64,000 nt of DNA. Source: Octopus sinensis. Lineage: Eukaryota. The translations under genes and the position numbers were made by a program. The notes under the pieces are model-generated. The model searched no databases and was not told where the DNA came from. It saw only the letters and a list, made by a program, of their open reading frames with translations. Below are positions 11,131 through 23,472 of the stretch, piece by piece. The first letter of the stretch is position 1, and each line of letters starts with the position of its first letter. Location of the stretch: the NCBI RefSeq assembly GCF_006345805.1, contig NC_043021.1, positions 9,796,001 to 9,860,000 on the forward strand. Reading direction: 5' to 3'.

Positions 11131-14100
11131 GTAGGTCATATATTTCATTTTGACATCAATGTCCTCTCCGTAGTTTAAATGTTTCTTTTAAGGTCGTCTT
11201 GTAGCGATTCTGAGTCTGCGATCAGGGTCTTGTTTAGACCTAGTGCGACCCTCTGGTCAATTGGTTTTGAAGGCCCTTACGACTTTGCGTATGCAATTTC
11301 CACCTTTTTAGATATCGAAAGTCAATCATCGCATTGTACATGTCAAAACTAATTTACAAATTTGGCTGCCACAACCAAAATAACAGAGACTGCATCACAC
11401 TATTGAAGTGTAACAAGGCATGATATATTACACTTTCATTACACTTTGGTATGAATAGAGTTGGATAACGAAACTAAATTTAGTTTGAGCTAAAACTAAA
11501 GAAGATAAAACTCGTCTGAAAAGTAGCAATAAATAAAACCATTGCCCAAAATATTGCCCATAAAAAAAGTAACAGAATATAAATAATCCAAGTTATTAAG
11601 AACAGCTTTTTGTTTTTAGACATGAATAGTTTAAGGACAAAACTAGGCATTCCTTCGATATAACTCGACAAAATCAAAACATTTCACTTCGGATATTTCT
11701 GTGGGTTGTGGGGTATAGATATAACGAAATTATGCCAGCAGTGTCTCATTTTAAACTTGAAGAAAAGAAAAAAAAAAGCCTTGCATATTTGTTCTTACCT
11801 GATTCATTTGTGTATGTAAAATCCGCCAATTTCCAAGCAGAAAACAGAATCGAACTGTTATTTGCTTCCACGGAAATACCCGAATTGAAGTGTTTTGATT
11901 TTGTCGAATTATATCGAAAGAATGCCCAAAACTAAAACTAGGTATCAAAGTTTTATTGAAATATTAATGATAATCAAGAAATCTCAATAATTTAAAAAGA
12001 ACTCTGTTTAATTAAAACTACTTAAACAAATAAATAAAATTAAAACTTATGGATTTAACTTAAACTAAATATATTAAAAATTTTTAAACTCTATGCTTCA
12101 AGTTAAAGGGCCCTTCCCCTAAGCTTAGGAACTGTAGTGGTGGACTAGCTCATGGCCCATATTGGCCCATACATAAATTCTGTCCTGTCTGCAACCGTGT
12201 TTAGCTACCTGGTTGTAATGTAAATATTTACTTTCGTCTTGATAATGTCTCCAAGAAAGACATCAGTTTTACCCAATAACATTTCATCTTACATAAATAT
12301 ATTTATGCGTGTCTTTGTTCTAATGTCATTTAACTTCACTTTGTCTTTCATTCTTCCGACACGTCACTGAAACTAATTTCCAGTTGCAAACTCCCAAATT
12401 TCTTCGAAGAATGTCACTGCATGAACTTTCCTCTCTGTCTGTCTGTCTCTCTCATATAAAAACACAATTTTACCTTCTCCACCTTATGTAGTTATTTCTT
12501 AGATATCCGAAAGACAAAAAAACAAATACCTTTACCCCGAACGAGACAGGAATCCATTGCAGTGATAATCCCACCACCTATCACTGGAGCTCATTTTCAG
12601 CTGAATGGAATGAAGTCCCTTGCTTAAGGATGCGGTGTGCCACCCTATCTGATAATTGAGCTCACAACCTAATAATCCGTCTGATTTGGATTGCTCTTCT
12701 TAATGCCAACCACCTTACAGTGGTGTGTTGGGTGCTTTTCATGTCCCACTGGCACAAAATGAATAAATAAGCATTGTATTTGACTGTGTAATCTGAATGT
12801 TAATGTTAATTCACACATGTACACATACATAAATTATTTTTCTCTTTTCTCTGTGTAGAAATATTCCGCTGATGACTATCGCCGAGTACGATTCATTGGC
12901 AAAGAGAAGCTGGTGAGTATGTTTATCTGATTATTTTATTTGGTGTCCTACACAACAGAATGTCTGCTGTTGGGCAGTCCAGAGCAAAGCTCAGCAGTTG
13001 TGATTTGTCCTTTTAACCCCCACCACAACCCCCTACCCAGGCCCTTGATTAACCAATCAATCCATCCTTCTTCCCCCAGAACAGTACCCTCTGGAATTCT
13101 CACTCTGGCTTGCCTTTTTTTTTTTTCATCCTGCAGTTGTTTACGAAGAACATCAACCACATTGTGTTGTGTCTGGGGAGAGTCATTCTCTTTTAGTGCC
13201 TTATTTACACACTCACTGGTAAAATTTCCACTTATTTCTTATTTTTATTTTAAAATTTTACCGGTGAGTGTGTTAAATAACAAGGCACTAAAAGAGAATG
13301 ACTCTCCCCAGACACAACAGAATATGCTTCAACACACGAACTCATATAAAGAATCTTGCAAACCAAATGCAAAATCGAAATATCAACCACACTGGTTTCA
13401 CCAATTCCAGAGAGCCAAAGAAGGCTTGGGCTCAACTTTCTTTCATATAGACCTGTGGTACCCAACCAGGGTCCATAGTAAAGTGGAGATAGACAGTAAT
13501 ATTTTAAGGGTCCATGTGAAATTTTGATTTAAATGTGTCTATGCCAAGAAACAGCTAGGTGGCAATTCTTTGATATTTGATACACAATGTCATTCACCTT
13601 TATGACACAGACAAAGAAGCTAGGCTGAAACAGAGGGTGAGTGACATTGTCTCCTCATAATGACACTCAGTACACCAATATTGAAGGAATGCCCTGCTAG
13701 GTTTCTTTCTCTAATATTTTACATAGTTCAACCTACACAAGTTAATGTGTTAATAACAAAATATGAATTTTGAAAAAAGTTTTGAGACCTATTGAGTCAA
13801 GTACATCAACTTCAAAATAAAAATTAATTAGAAATTGTAGTTGTGATACCTGTGCTGGTGGCATGTAAAAATCACCAACCGAACGTGGCTTCAGCCAGCG
13901 CCTCCTTGACTGGCTTCCATGCTAGTGGCATGTAAAAGGCACCCACTACACTCATGGAGTGGTTGGCATTAGGAAGGGCATCCAGCTGTAGAAACACTGC
14001 CAGATCAGACTGGAGCCTGGTGCAGCCTTCTGGCTTCCCAGACCCCGGTCAAACTGTCCAACCCATGCTAGCATGGAAAACGAACGTTAAACGATGATGA

Positions 14101-16868
14101 TTTCTATAAGACTACTTTTTAAGCATCGAATGGCTATAGGATTCCACCAGAGCAAAATAGCAACCAAAGGGGTCCCTAGGCAAAAAATGGTTGAGAACCA
14201 CTGAAGACCAAGCATCTCATGCAGTTTGCTTCATTGAGAATCAGGATGTGTGATACAGGATTCATCATCAGGCAGGTTGCACTAAAAATTCGAAGTAATT
14301 TTTCATTGGGTATGTCATTTAGAAAGTCCCAGGGCTGCAGGTTACCCATGACTGAAGAAGACTGAACCTTCCGAAAAGAAAACAAGAAGGTCGATTGACA
14401 TGCAGGGTGGAATATTGCTGTTTAGTACCAGGTCAGCTCTAACCAAGCAGACCTTTGATCTGTAGCATTGCTGCCTTGACCACTCTGCCATTTTAGATCC
14501 ATCCAGCATTACATTATCTAATCTGTTTTTTTCACTTTTTCTTGAAGATGGTGAACTACGATTTGAGGAAAATTTTGGTTACTATTTCCATCAGGTTGAG
14601 ATTTTTTATCTTACAACCAAAACGTAGGACATGATGCCTTTCTGTATGGTTTTTTTTTTTGTGAGTTCAGCTTTTGCCACTGTGCCTGCTTCTTGACCAC
14701 AGGAGCAACTTGTCTAACCAGCATGAACAGATAGGCTTAAAATCAGCTTGGTTCGTGAGACTTCATCCAGTAGTGAATTCAAAACACTTGGATGGAATTG
14801 TTATTCTGTTACCATGGTAAAAAGTTGTTTTTTTTTAATTCCCTTATTAACAGATTTCAATGTCTCAAGAGAAAAAATATATAGAAATTTTGGTTAGGTT
14901 CCCACCCAATTATTGAAGACAAAGCCATTTGCCAAGTATCTCGATCCATCATCACCACCTTCAGTTCATGGATAGAATCCAATACTCTGTCTTTCAAGTT
15001 ATTGATAAATGTCAGACGATGTCTCCCAAGCTTGCTGGTACCTTGTTGTAGGTCCCAGAGAAGTTTTTATGCTTTTTCCTCCTTCCTGGTGCTGTAGGCA
15101 CTGATTCGATACAAGGAGACATCGTTCTCTGGCTCCCATAGACACACTCATTGATTATATGCTGCTGCCATTTCGCATCCAGGGTCATTCGTAGCATCTT
15201 TGTGTAGCAGCCATCTGAATGGCGCAGGAGTGGCTGTGTGGTAAGTAGCTTGTTTACCAACCACATGGTTCCGGGTTCAGTCCCACTGCGTGGCACCTTG
15301 GGCAAGTGTCTTCTACTATAGCCTCGGGCCGACCAAAGCCTTGTGAGTGGATTTGGTAGAAGCCCGTCGTATATATGTATATATATATATGTGTGTGTTT
15401 GTCCCCTAGCATTGCTTGACAACCGATGCTGGTGTGTTTATGTCCCCATTACTTAGCGGTTCGGCAAAAGAGACCGATAGAATAAGTACTGGGCTTACAA
15501 AAGAATAAGTCCCGAGGTCGAGTTGCTCGATTAAAGGCGGTGCTCCAGCATGGCCGCAGTCAAATAACTGAAACATGTAAAAGAGTAAAGAGTAAATAGT
15601 TTCTTTGCTCGTTTGGTAAGTGTCCATGTTTTGCTGCCTGACTCTTGTTCTTGTATGAAATATTAAACTTCTGAATTTTTTATGTAAAGTAAGTTGTCTG
15701 TTGTTTTCTGTGTTAGGTGAACCCTCATTTTGCCATTGACCTCGTTGCTGATGACCCAGTGGTTGTTGTGGATGCCAAATCTATCTGGAGCAGTGGTGGT
15801 GGTGCTCTTGGACACCCCAGAGTATTCATAAATTTGGTAAGTTTTATTTTAACGAATCTAAACCACCATCAGTATACTGTAGAATCCTGTATATAATACT
15901 TCTTTCATTAAAATCATAATTAAATTTTGAGGTGTGTACAATAAATGGTATTAAGCTGGAAAAAGGTGGCGAGCTGGTAGAAACGTTAGCACGGCGGGCG
16001 AAATGCTTAGCGGTATTTCGTCTGCCGCTACATTCTGAGTTCAAATTCCGCCGAGGTCGACTTTGCCTTTCATCCTTTCGGGGTCGATAAATTAAGTACC
16101 AGTTACGTACTGGAGTCGATCTAATCGACTTAATCCGTTTGTCTGTCCCCTCTGTGTTTAGCCCCTTGTGGGTAGTAAAGAAATAGGTATTAAGCTGGAA
16201 AGTTCCATCCACCACCTGCTTTTAATAAGCCTTTGACTGAGAAATCAAATTTCATGGTTATTCCAGTAATGATGTTAAATATCTACTATGGCTCAATGGT
16301 TAGAGAGTCAGACTCGCAATCATGAGGTAGTGAGTTCGATTCCCAGACCGGGTTGTGTGTTGTGTTTTTGAGCAAGACACTTTATTTAATGTTGCTCCAG
16401 TTCATTCAGCTGTAGAAAGGAATTGTGATGTCACTGGTGCCAAGCAGTATGTCTTTTCCTCTTCCTTGGGGCAGGGAGACTTGTATGCATGGGCAACTGC
16501 TGGTCTTCCATAAACAACCTTGCCCAGTCTTGCGCCTCGGAGGGTAACTGTCTAGGTGCAATCCCATGGTCTTTCATGACCGAAGGAGGTCCTCTGTCTC
16601 TTCATGTAGCCGTTGTGCAATAGAATTATACATAGTACTATAAGATAATTAATGAAGATCAGGAGAACAGAAATTTACACACCCATATTTTATTATAGTT
16701 ATTTACATTGTCCTTCACTTGGACGTATGCTCGTTTCAGCTGCACACTATTCAGTGTGCATCTTGGTGCAGCTTCTTCAGATTCCATTGTTTACTGCCAT
16801 TCAAAGATCATCTGAAGAAAACTATGAGACTGAAACCATTTTTGGAAATATATATATATATAATATAT

Positions 16869-16913
<45 letters not shown>

Positions 16914-17617
16914 AATTAATAAATAAATAAAACATATGCATATATACATACATATATGTATGTACCTACCTCTACATGTATATATACATGCATATATGGG
17001 TACAGGACACCAAAAAACGTCGAACACAAAACCAAGGAAATGGACATTTTTTTAAACAACGAAAAAATAGAGTACAGGACATACAAAACAAGGAAAATTC
17101 CCCTTCTTCAGTCGCCTTAATTTCATCTACTCCACGTTTCGAAGGTCAAGGCAAATATATATATATTCAGCTGAAATTGCAAAGATAATCTGGTACTTGA
17201 CTGAGGAAAAAAAAGCTTCGAATGACCCGTCCTGCTAAGTTAGGGGGATATAAACAAACCAATACTGGTTGTCAAGTGGTGGAGGCAAAATACAGACACA
17301 AAGATACACAAACACACACGACAGGCTCCTTTCAGTTTCCTGAGGTTATAGTAGAAGACACTTGCCCAAGGTGCCACGCAATGGGACTGAACCTGAAAAC
17401 ATATGGGTGGGAAGCTAGCTTCTAACCACACAGAAACTTTTTGTTATGTACATATTGTAAATGTTTCCTCTTTGTTTTTTTTTTTTTTCAGAATAAACCT
17501 CAGATAGCAATTTGTGGCTATTCTGGCCGAAGGTTTATTCAAAAGAAGTTTTATAATGAAGCGGAACATGGACCATCTATAACCTACGAGGAGTATGTGG
17601 CTAATGCAGGCAAATAA
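10987..17617 (+). CDS. NDUFS6: NADH dehydrogenase [ubiquinone] iron-sulfur protein 6 (13 kDa-A), 147 aa; exons 10987-11130, 12859-12912, 15717-15836, 17492-17617
   Basis: [15 protein letters not shown]...[85 protein letters not shown]...AGK*. It has an R-rich targeting-peptide-like N-terminus and the family motifs EKVTHTGQ, DYRxxRF and GGALGHPxVxINL. All three introns are phase 0, GT-AG. Confidence 0.96.
12859..12912 (+). CDS. NDUFS6: NDUFS6 exon 2
   Basis: ctgtgtag acceptor; [18 protein letters not shown]; donor GTGAGT at 12913. Confidence 0.95.
13165..13381. mobile_element. Short retroposon with self-inverted arm and 13-bp TSD
   Basis: Arms 13165-13227 / 13252-13319; TSD ATCAACCACATTG / ATCAACCACACTG. 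Confidence 0.75.
14895..15215 (-). mobile_element. RTE-clade LINE 3' fragment
   Basis: [28 protein letters not shown]...TFINNLKD...[11 protein letters not shown] resembles the RTE ORF C-terminus; abuts SINE A at 15221. Confidence 0.7.
15221..15594 (+). mobile_element. SINE family A copy (NDUFS6 intron 2)
   Basis: Near-identical to 294-668. Confidence 0.88.
15717..15836 (+). CDS. NDUFS6: NDUFS6 exon 3
   Basis: tgttag acceptor; VNPHFAIDL...GHPRVFINL; donor GTAAGT at 15837. Confidence 0.96.
15964..16185 (+). mobile_element. SINE family B with 17-bp TSD
   Basis: GGTATTAAGCTGGAAAA at 15947-15963 and 16186-16202. Confidence 0.9.
17492..17617 (+). CDS. NDUFS6: NDUFS6 exon 4
   Basis: Long poly-T + CAG acceptor; [15 protein letters not shown]...; TAA 17615-17617; AATAAA at 17709-17714. 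Confidence 0.95.
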   Translation, partial: NKPQIAICGYSGRRFIQKKFYNEAEHGPSITYEEYVANAGK

Positions 17618-17787
17618 AAAAAATTAATCAAGTATTTAAATTATATTCAGAAGCAAAAGTGAAAAAAAACCTAATTTAGTTGTAGTGAAGAAAATCAAAA
17701 AAACTGTAAATAAATTTAAATGAATCAAATATTTCACTTGTTTTTTTCTATCCTGTTGTTGATCGGGGACTCACTTGTTCTTCTTAA

Positions 17788-18079
17788 CCCTTTTGTGACC
17801 CCCCTTTCATTAGCACAGTGTGTATATGTCTCATTAAATCTTGAGATTAATCAGGATTTTGGTAGGGATTTAACCCGGCTGAAACCGGCTCTGGCTCTGT
17901 TGTACAAATGTCTTGTTTTCTTAAGGTTTCAATTAAAATCTTCCACCAAACCTTAGTCACAATTTATGTTCCTAATACAAGCTGAATGGTAACTAAGTTA
18001 TTTTACTAAATTCTTTGTTATATTTAAAGTAATTGAAAGAAATACAGAACATCTCAAAATAAATACAGTAATGAAAGGG
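17788..18079. mobile_element. piggyBac-type MITE (TTAA TSD, CCCTTT...AAAGGG ends)
   Basis: TTAA at 17784-17787 and 18080-18083; the internal sequence is the reverse complement of 53754-53976. Confidence 0.8.
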
Positions 18080-19508
18080 TTAAAATGATATTTTTCATAA
18101 CTTTAACCCTTTTAAGCATTCGGATTACTCTGTCTAATGTAATGCTTATTTATTCACATTGTTTTGAATTAACCATGCATCACCTTACGGCTTTGAGATT
18201 TCGATGATGTGATTGCTTATATTAAGAATAATGTTGTCATGAAGGTGTGAGAGTCTGGATCTGGTCAGTTTGAACACAAAACAAGTACAATATTTGGGCC
18301 AGGTTTAAATGCGAAAGTTATTTTTCACTTGTTCCATGCTTGAATGGGTTGACATAGAATTTGTTGAGGCAGATTTTCTATGTGCGGATGCTTTTCCTGT
18401 TGCCAACCCTCACCTTTTGCCATGACCAGACATGTTTTCATGTAAGATTGGAAACAATGGACACCACTTGCATTTCAGTGATACTCCTTTGCAACAAATA
18501 TGTAATGTCAATACGAGACAGTAGCACATATTCACACACATGTATGTTGGTGTCATGTAAAAAAAACCTGTGCTGGTTCTACATACAAAGTACACAATAC
18601 ACTGTAAAGTGGTTGGTGTAAGGAAGGGCATTTAGTCCTGTAGCAACCCTTACCAAAATAGATAACTGGAACCTGGTTGTTGTTGTTGCTAAGCAAAAAG
18701 ACGGGTAAGGGTGATTAGGTGATGGTCTAGGGCTTAGGGGTGGGAGACCCCAGACCTTGGAAAAAAAACCCACTTTGGTCATTGTTGTAGTTGAGGGCTC
18801 TTCGTTGACGTCCGACACCACTAGGAGGTGGCCCTTGAAGTCGCTGGAAATGGAGATCTCCAGGTCCAAATTCTTGGTCGGCACTGGAGCCTGGTGCAGC
18901 TGTTTGGTTTGCCGGCTCCTGTCATACCGTCCAACTCATGTCAGCATGGAAAACAGACGTTAATTGATGATGATGATAAATGATAAAAAGGAAAGAGGAA
19001 AAACGCAAAAAAAGACCAACATTACTTTTGAATAATTTTATTATTGCATTGATCTGTAATAATTGAATGATTTGGTAAAAATAAATCCTAGCAGAACTTT
19101 TTACAGTTTCAGCTATACTTGTTTGTCTGTAATGATAAAGAGGGATTTTATCAGCGTCCAGCTTATCACAATACCATGCTTACTAAAAACACATTGGGTT
19201 ACATGAGACAATTTGTACTTACAATAACTACAGTTGGGTTTTTGTTTTGTTTTGTTTTCTTATACATTACACATACCAATGGGATTAAAAAGGAAGTGGG
19301 GGAGAGGGGGTAGTCAAGAGTGAGGACAAGCAAACTCCTTTTAGACCACAACCATTTACAACTTATCTACAAAGATGAATATTTACATTATATACAAAGG
19401 ATCAGCTCTACATCATATATATATACACACACAGAAATATGTATGTATGTATTGGAGTGATGGGTCTACCTTAGTATGGCCACAACTCAATGACTGAAAG
19501 AGTATTTT

Positions 19509-19543
<35 letters not shown>

Positions 19544-21399
19544 ATGTGCATGCACATACAACACTTAAGCACACGTACATACACACATTCTCACTCCTGC
19601 ATACATTAGACATATAACACATATTTACACTATGTACAGAAAGTGTAGCCAGTTTATACATGTATATATAACCAGGCTGTTTTAACACTTCATAAATATT
19701 CTTTGAATGTTTGTATAATAATAATAATAATAATAATTATAATGGTTTCAAATTTTGGCACAGGGCCAGTAATTTTTGGGGTAGTGGGGTAAGTCGATTA
19801 CATCGAACCCCAGTGCTCAACTGGTACTTATTTGATCGACCCCTGTAAAGGATGAAAGGCAAAGTTGACCGTGGCAGAATTTGAACTTAGAACTTGTGAA
19901 GACAAACAAAATGCAACGAAACATTTTGCTTGATATGCTAACGATTCTGCCAGCTTACTGCCATGTAATAGTAGTAGTAGTAGTAATAATAATAATTCTT
20001 TCTAATTTAATAGTGATGATAAAAAATGTTGCCATTAAAGAAAAAATATTTTAAAATATTAATATTTAAGGGGAAAAAAATCAGTTTCCAGTTCAGTGAG
20101 AAAGAAACAACCATTGAAGCAATGCAAAAAATCCCGTGAAAAAAAAAAGAAAAAATATCAGCAGTGCCAATAAAGTTTGAAACTTTGGAAGATTTTTTTT
20201 TTTTTTAATATTATTGTCTTTGTGGAATTTTTTGCTTTGCTGTCCAACAATAAATGGTGAGTGTTAGTATGTGTGTTGTGATAGGGTTTTTCTTGTTGCA
20301 TAAAGGTGCAATTGCTTTTAAGAAGCTTCTAAGGGCCAAGCAAATTTTTTTTTTGGAAAATAGTATTTCCAGCAAAAAAAAAAAAAAAAAAAAAAAGAAA
20401 GAAAGAAAAAAGAAAATCATTGATTTTATCAGGAATTTGATCTTGCAATAAGAAAAATTGATCTTGCAATAAGAAAAATAGAAATAAGCTACTAAAATTC
20501 AATTAGAAAAAATAAAAGAAAGACAAAGCTGGCATTAAAAACATTCACCAGATTAGGCAGCAAGAATTACATTCCTTTAAAACCTAACACTAATTTTTAT
20601 CAAGTGATTTTGCAAAATATCTTGGATTGGGCTCGAAGGTTAATTAACAAATAGAGGTTGATATTCTGAAGGAGACAAGAAAAAAATTATAAAAAAAAAA
20701 AATTCCCACTCTCTCATCAGAGAAATGGTTTAAAGCAGATAGATAAGCAGTAAACGAGGGAGATTTAATTAATTAAAATAATAATAATAATTGTTTCAAG
20801 TTTTGGTACAAGGCCAGTGGTTTTGAGGGGAAGGGGTTAATTTGATTTCATTGACCCCCAGAGGGATAAAAGGCAGAGTTGACCTCAATGGAATTTGAAC
20901 TCGGGACATACCAAATCAGAAGAAACGATGCGAAGCATTTTGCCTGTGATAATGATTCTATCAGCTTTCCACCTTAATAATAATAATGGTGTCAAAATTT
21001 TGGGGAGGGGGCAAGTTGATTACATCGACCCTAGTACTCAGCTGGTACTTATTGGTATCAATTCAGAAAGGATGAAAGGCAAAGCCGACCTTGGTAGGAC
21101 TTGAACTCAGAATGTAAAGCTGGAAGTAATGTCGCTTAGCATTTTGTCTGATGTCCTAAAGACTCTACAAGCTTGCCACCGTAATAGTAATAATAATAAT
21201 AATTCTTTCTCCTATAGGCACAAGGCCAGCTGTTTTGAGGAGGGGGGCAAGGTGACTACCCATACCCATCCTCAGCTGGTATGTGTTTTACTGACCCTGG
21301 AGGGAAGAAAACCGAAATTGACCTTGGAGGAATTTGAACACCGAATGTAAGGAGTTGGAAGATTTACTGACAAGCAAATCATTCTGCCAGCTCGCTGCC

Positions 21400-21432
<33 letters not shown>

Positions 21433-21858
21433 TGATATGAGATCACCATGTCGCGCACATATGGTTGTGATGCATGTGCCTGGTGTACCCTTATCAGATG
21501 GGTAGTCATGATGGGTATATTGGGCTTTGTATATTTTACCCCAGTGTCACTTTGATGGCATGCACTGCTCTCTCACTCAATAATAATAATAATAATCCTT
21601 TCTGCTATAGGCTCAAGGCCAGAAATTTTGGGAGAGGGGACTAGTCGATTACATTGACCCCAGTGTTCCACTGGTACTTTATCGACCCCGAAAGGATGAA
21701 AGTCAAAGCCAACCTCAGTGGAAATACCGCTAAACATTTCGTCCAGTGTGCTAACAATTCTGCCAGCTTGCTGCATTAATAATAATAATAATACAGCAGT
21801 TACAAGAAAAAGTATTTCAATGTTTTATATATATATATATGTGTATGTGTGTGTATAT

Positions 21859-22255
21859 ACTCTTTACTCTTACTCTTTTACTTGTTTCAGTCATTTGACT
21901 GCAGCCATGCTGGAGCACCGCCTTTAGTCGAGCAACTCGACCCCGGGACTTATTCTTTGTAAGCCCAGTACTTATTCTATCGGTCTCTTTTGCCGAACCG
22001 CTAAGTTACGAGGACATAAACACACCAGCATCGGTTGTCAAGCAATGCTAGGGGGACAAACACAGACACACACACATATATATACATATATATGACAGGC
22101 TTCTTTCAGTTTCCGTCTACCAAATCCACTCACAAGACTTTGGTCAGCCCGAGGCTATAGTAGAAGACACTTGCCCAAGGTGCCACGCAGTGGGACTGAA
22201 CCCGGAACCATGTGGTTGGTAAGCAAGCTACTTACCACACAGCCACTCCTGCGCC
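21859..22255 (-). mobile_element. SINE family A copy
   Basis: Full-length reverse complement of family A. Confidence 0.88.
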
Positions 22256-23129
22256 TATATAAATATACATACACACACACACATATATTTATTATATAGT
22301 ATTAATTGATATTGAGAGAGGATGTTAAATATAAAGAAACACCAGATAATATCTTTTGAACACAATGTTTTGAAGTTTATACACAATTACATATACTCCT
22401 ATACAGAAATATATATTTACACATATGTACAAGTATGCAAATATATGGTAAACACCATATTTAAACAGAAAATATGAATAAATTAGATGAAAATTGCACT
22501 TTCATCATCATCGTCATCGGAAATATATTTTAGAAATTATTATATTACAGATTGGCAATGAGGAAAAAAAAGAAAACCTCAATTTATTTTGGAACTTTTA
22601 TGCAATTTTATGGAAGACAAAACTTCCTGCTTCGTTATCTTTTAAGGGAGGGGTGGAATCAATTAAAAATCTTAATTCAAGCATTTAGTGTCTTCAAAAC
22701 CATGGAAGATTTGTGGGCAGACAATGGCCTAAATCTGGCAACTTGTAAAATACAGCACAAAAAAAAAAAATCTACATATATTTTAATAATAGTCAGATAG
22801 GACAACCTTGTAGTTGCCAGTGTGTATAATCTGTTGACTGAGCTTAATGTACACTTGCTCTGCGCATGTGTGTGTGTACAGACTTCAAAAGTAAATAGAG
22901 TCCACCCATGATTTTACCGTTTCATTTGTGTGGGAACTACTCATTTGTATGAGGCCCAAATGGGTTAAATCATTTAAAAACTGCACAAAGCATGTCTATT
23001 AAATACTAGATTTAAGTATTTATATATATCGAAGAACATTTTATTTATTAAGATAGATATTTCATAAATGGTGTCTTTTTACTTTTGAAATGTGTATGTA
23101 TGCATGTGTACGTGTGTGTGTATATATAA

Positions 23130-23472
23130 TCTTTTACTTGTTTCAGTCATTTGACTGCGGCCATGCTGGAGCACTGCCTTTAATCGAGCAACTCGACACC
23201 GGGACTTATTCTTTTGTAAGCCCAGTACTTATTCTATCGGTCTCTTTTGCCGAACTGCTAAGTAACGGGGACATAAACACATGCATATATATATATATAT
23301 ACATATATACGACGGGCTTCTTTCAGTTTCCGTCTACCAAATCCATTCACAAGGCTTTGGTCGGCCCGAGGCTATAGTAGAAGACACTTGCCCAAGGTGC
23401 CACGCAGTGGGACTGAACCCGGAACCATGTGGTTGGTAAACAAGCTACTTACCACACAGCCACTCCTGCGCC
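23130..23472 (-). mobile_element. SINE family A copy (a 5'-half copy follows at 23937-24099)
   Basis: Reverse complement of family A. Confidence 0.88.

Noticed and set aside
16990-17215. Possible hammerhead in a Penelope-like fragment (GAAACGT and CTGAAGA on the minus strand)
   Set aside because: Motifs are in the wrong order, H17 would be G, and no closing helices could be built
17492-17494. A-to-I recoding of AAT (Asn) to restore the conserved Asp of NDUFS6 INLDK
   Set aside because: Chemically possible, but the 5' neighbour is G (disfavoured by ADAR) and there is no RNA evidence; simple substitution is as likely
18579-18963. ORFs within an insertion in SINE C
   Set aside because: No recognisable protein motifs or splice context; origin unresolved
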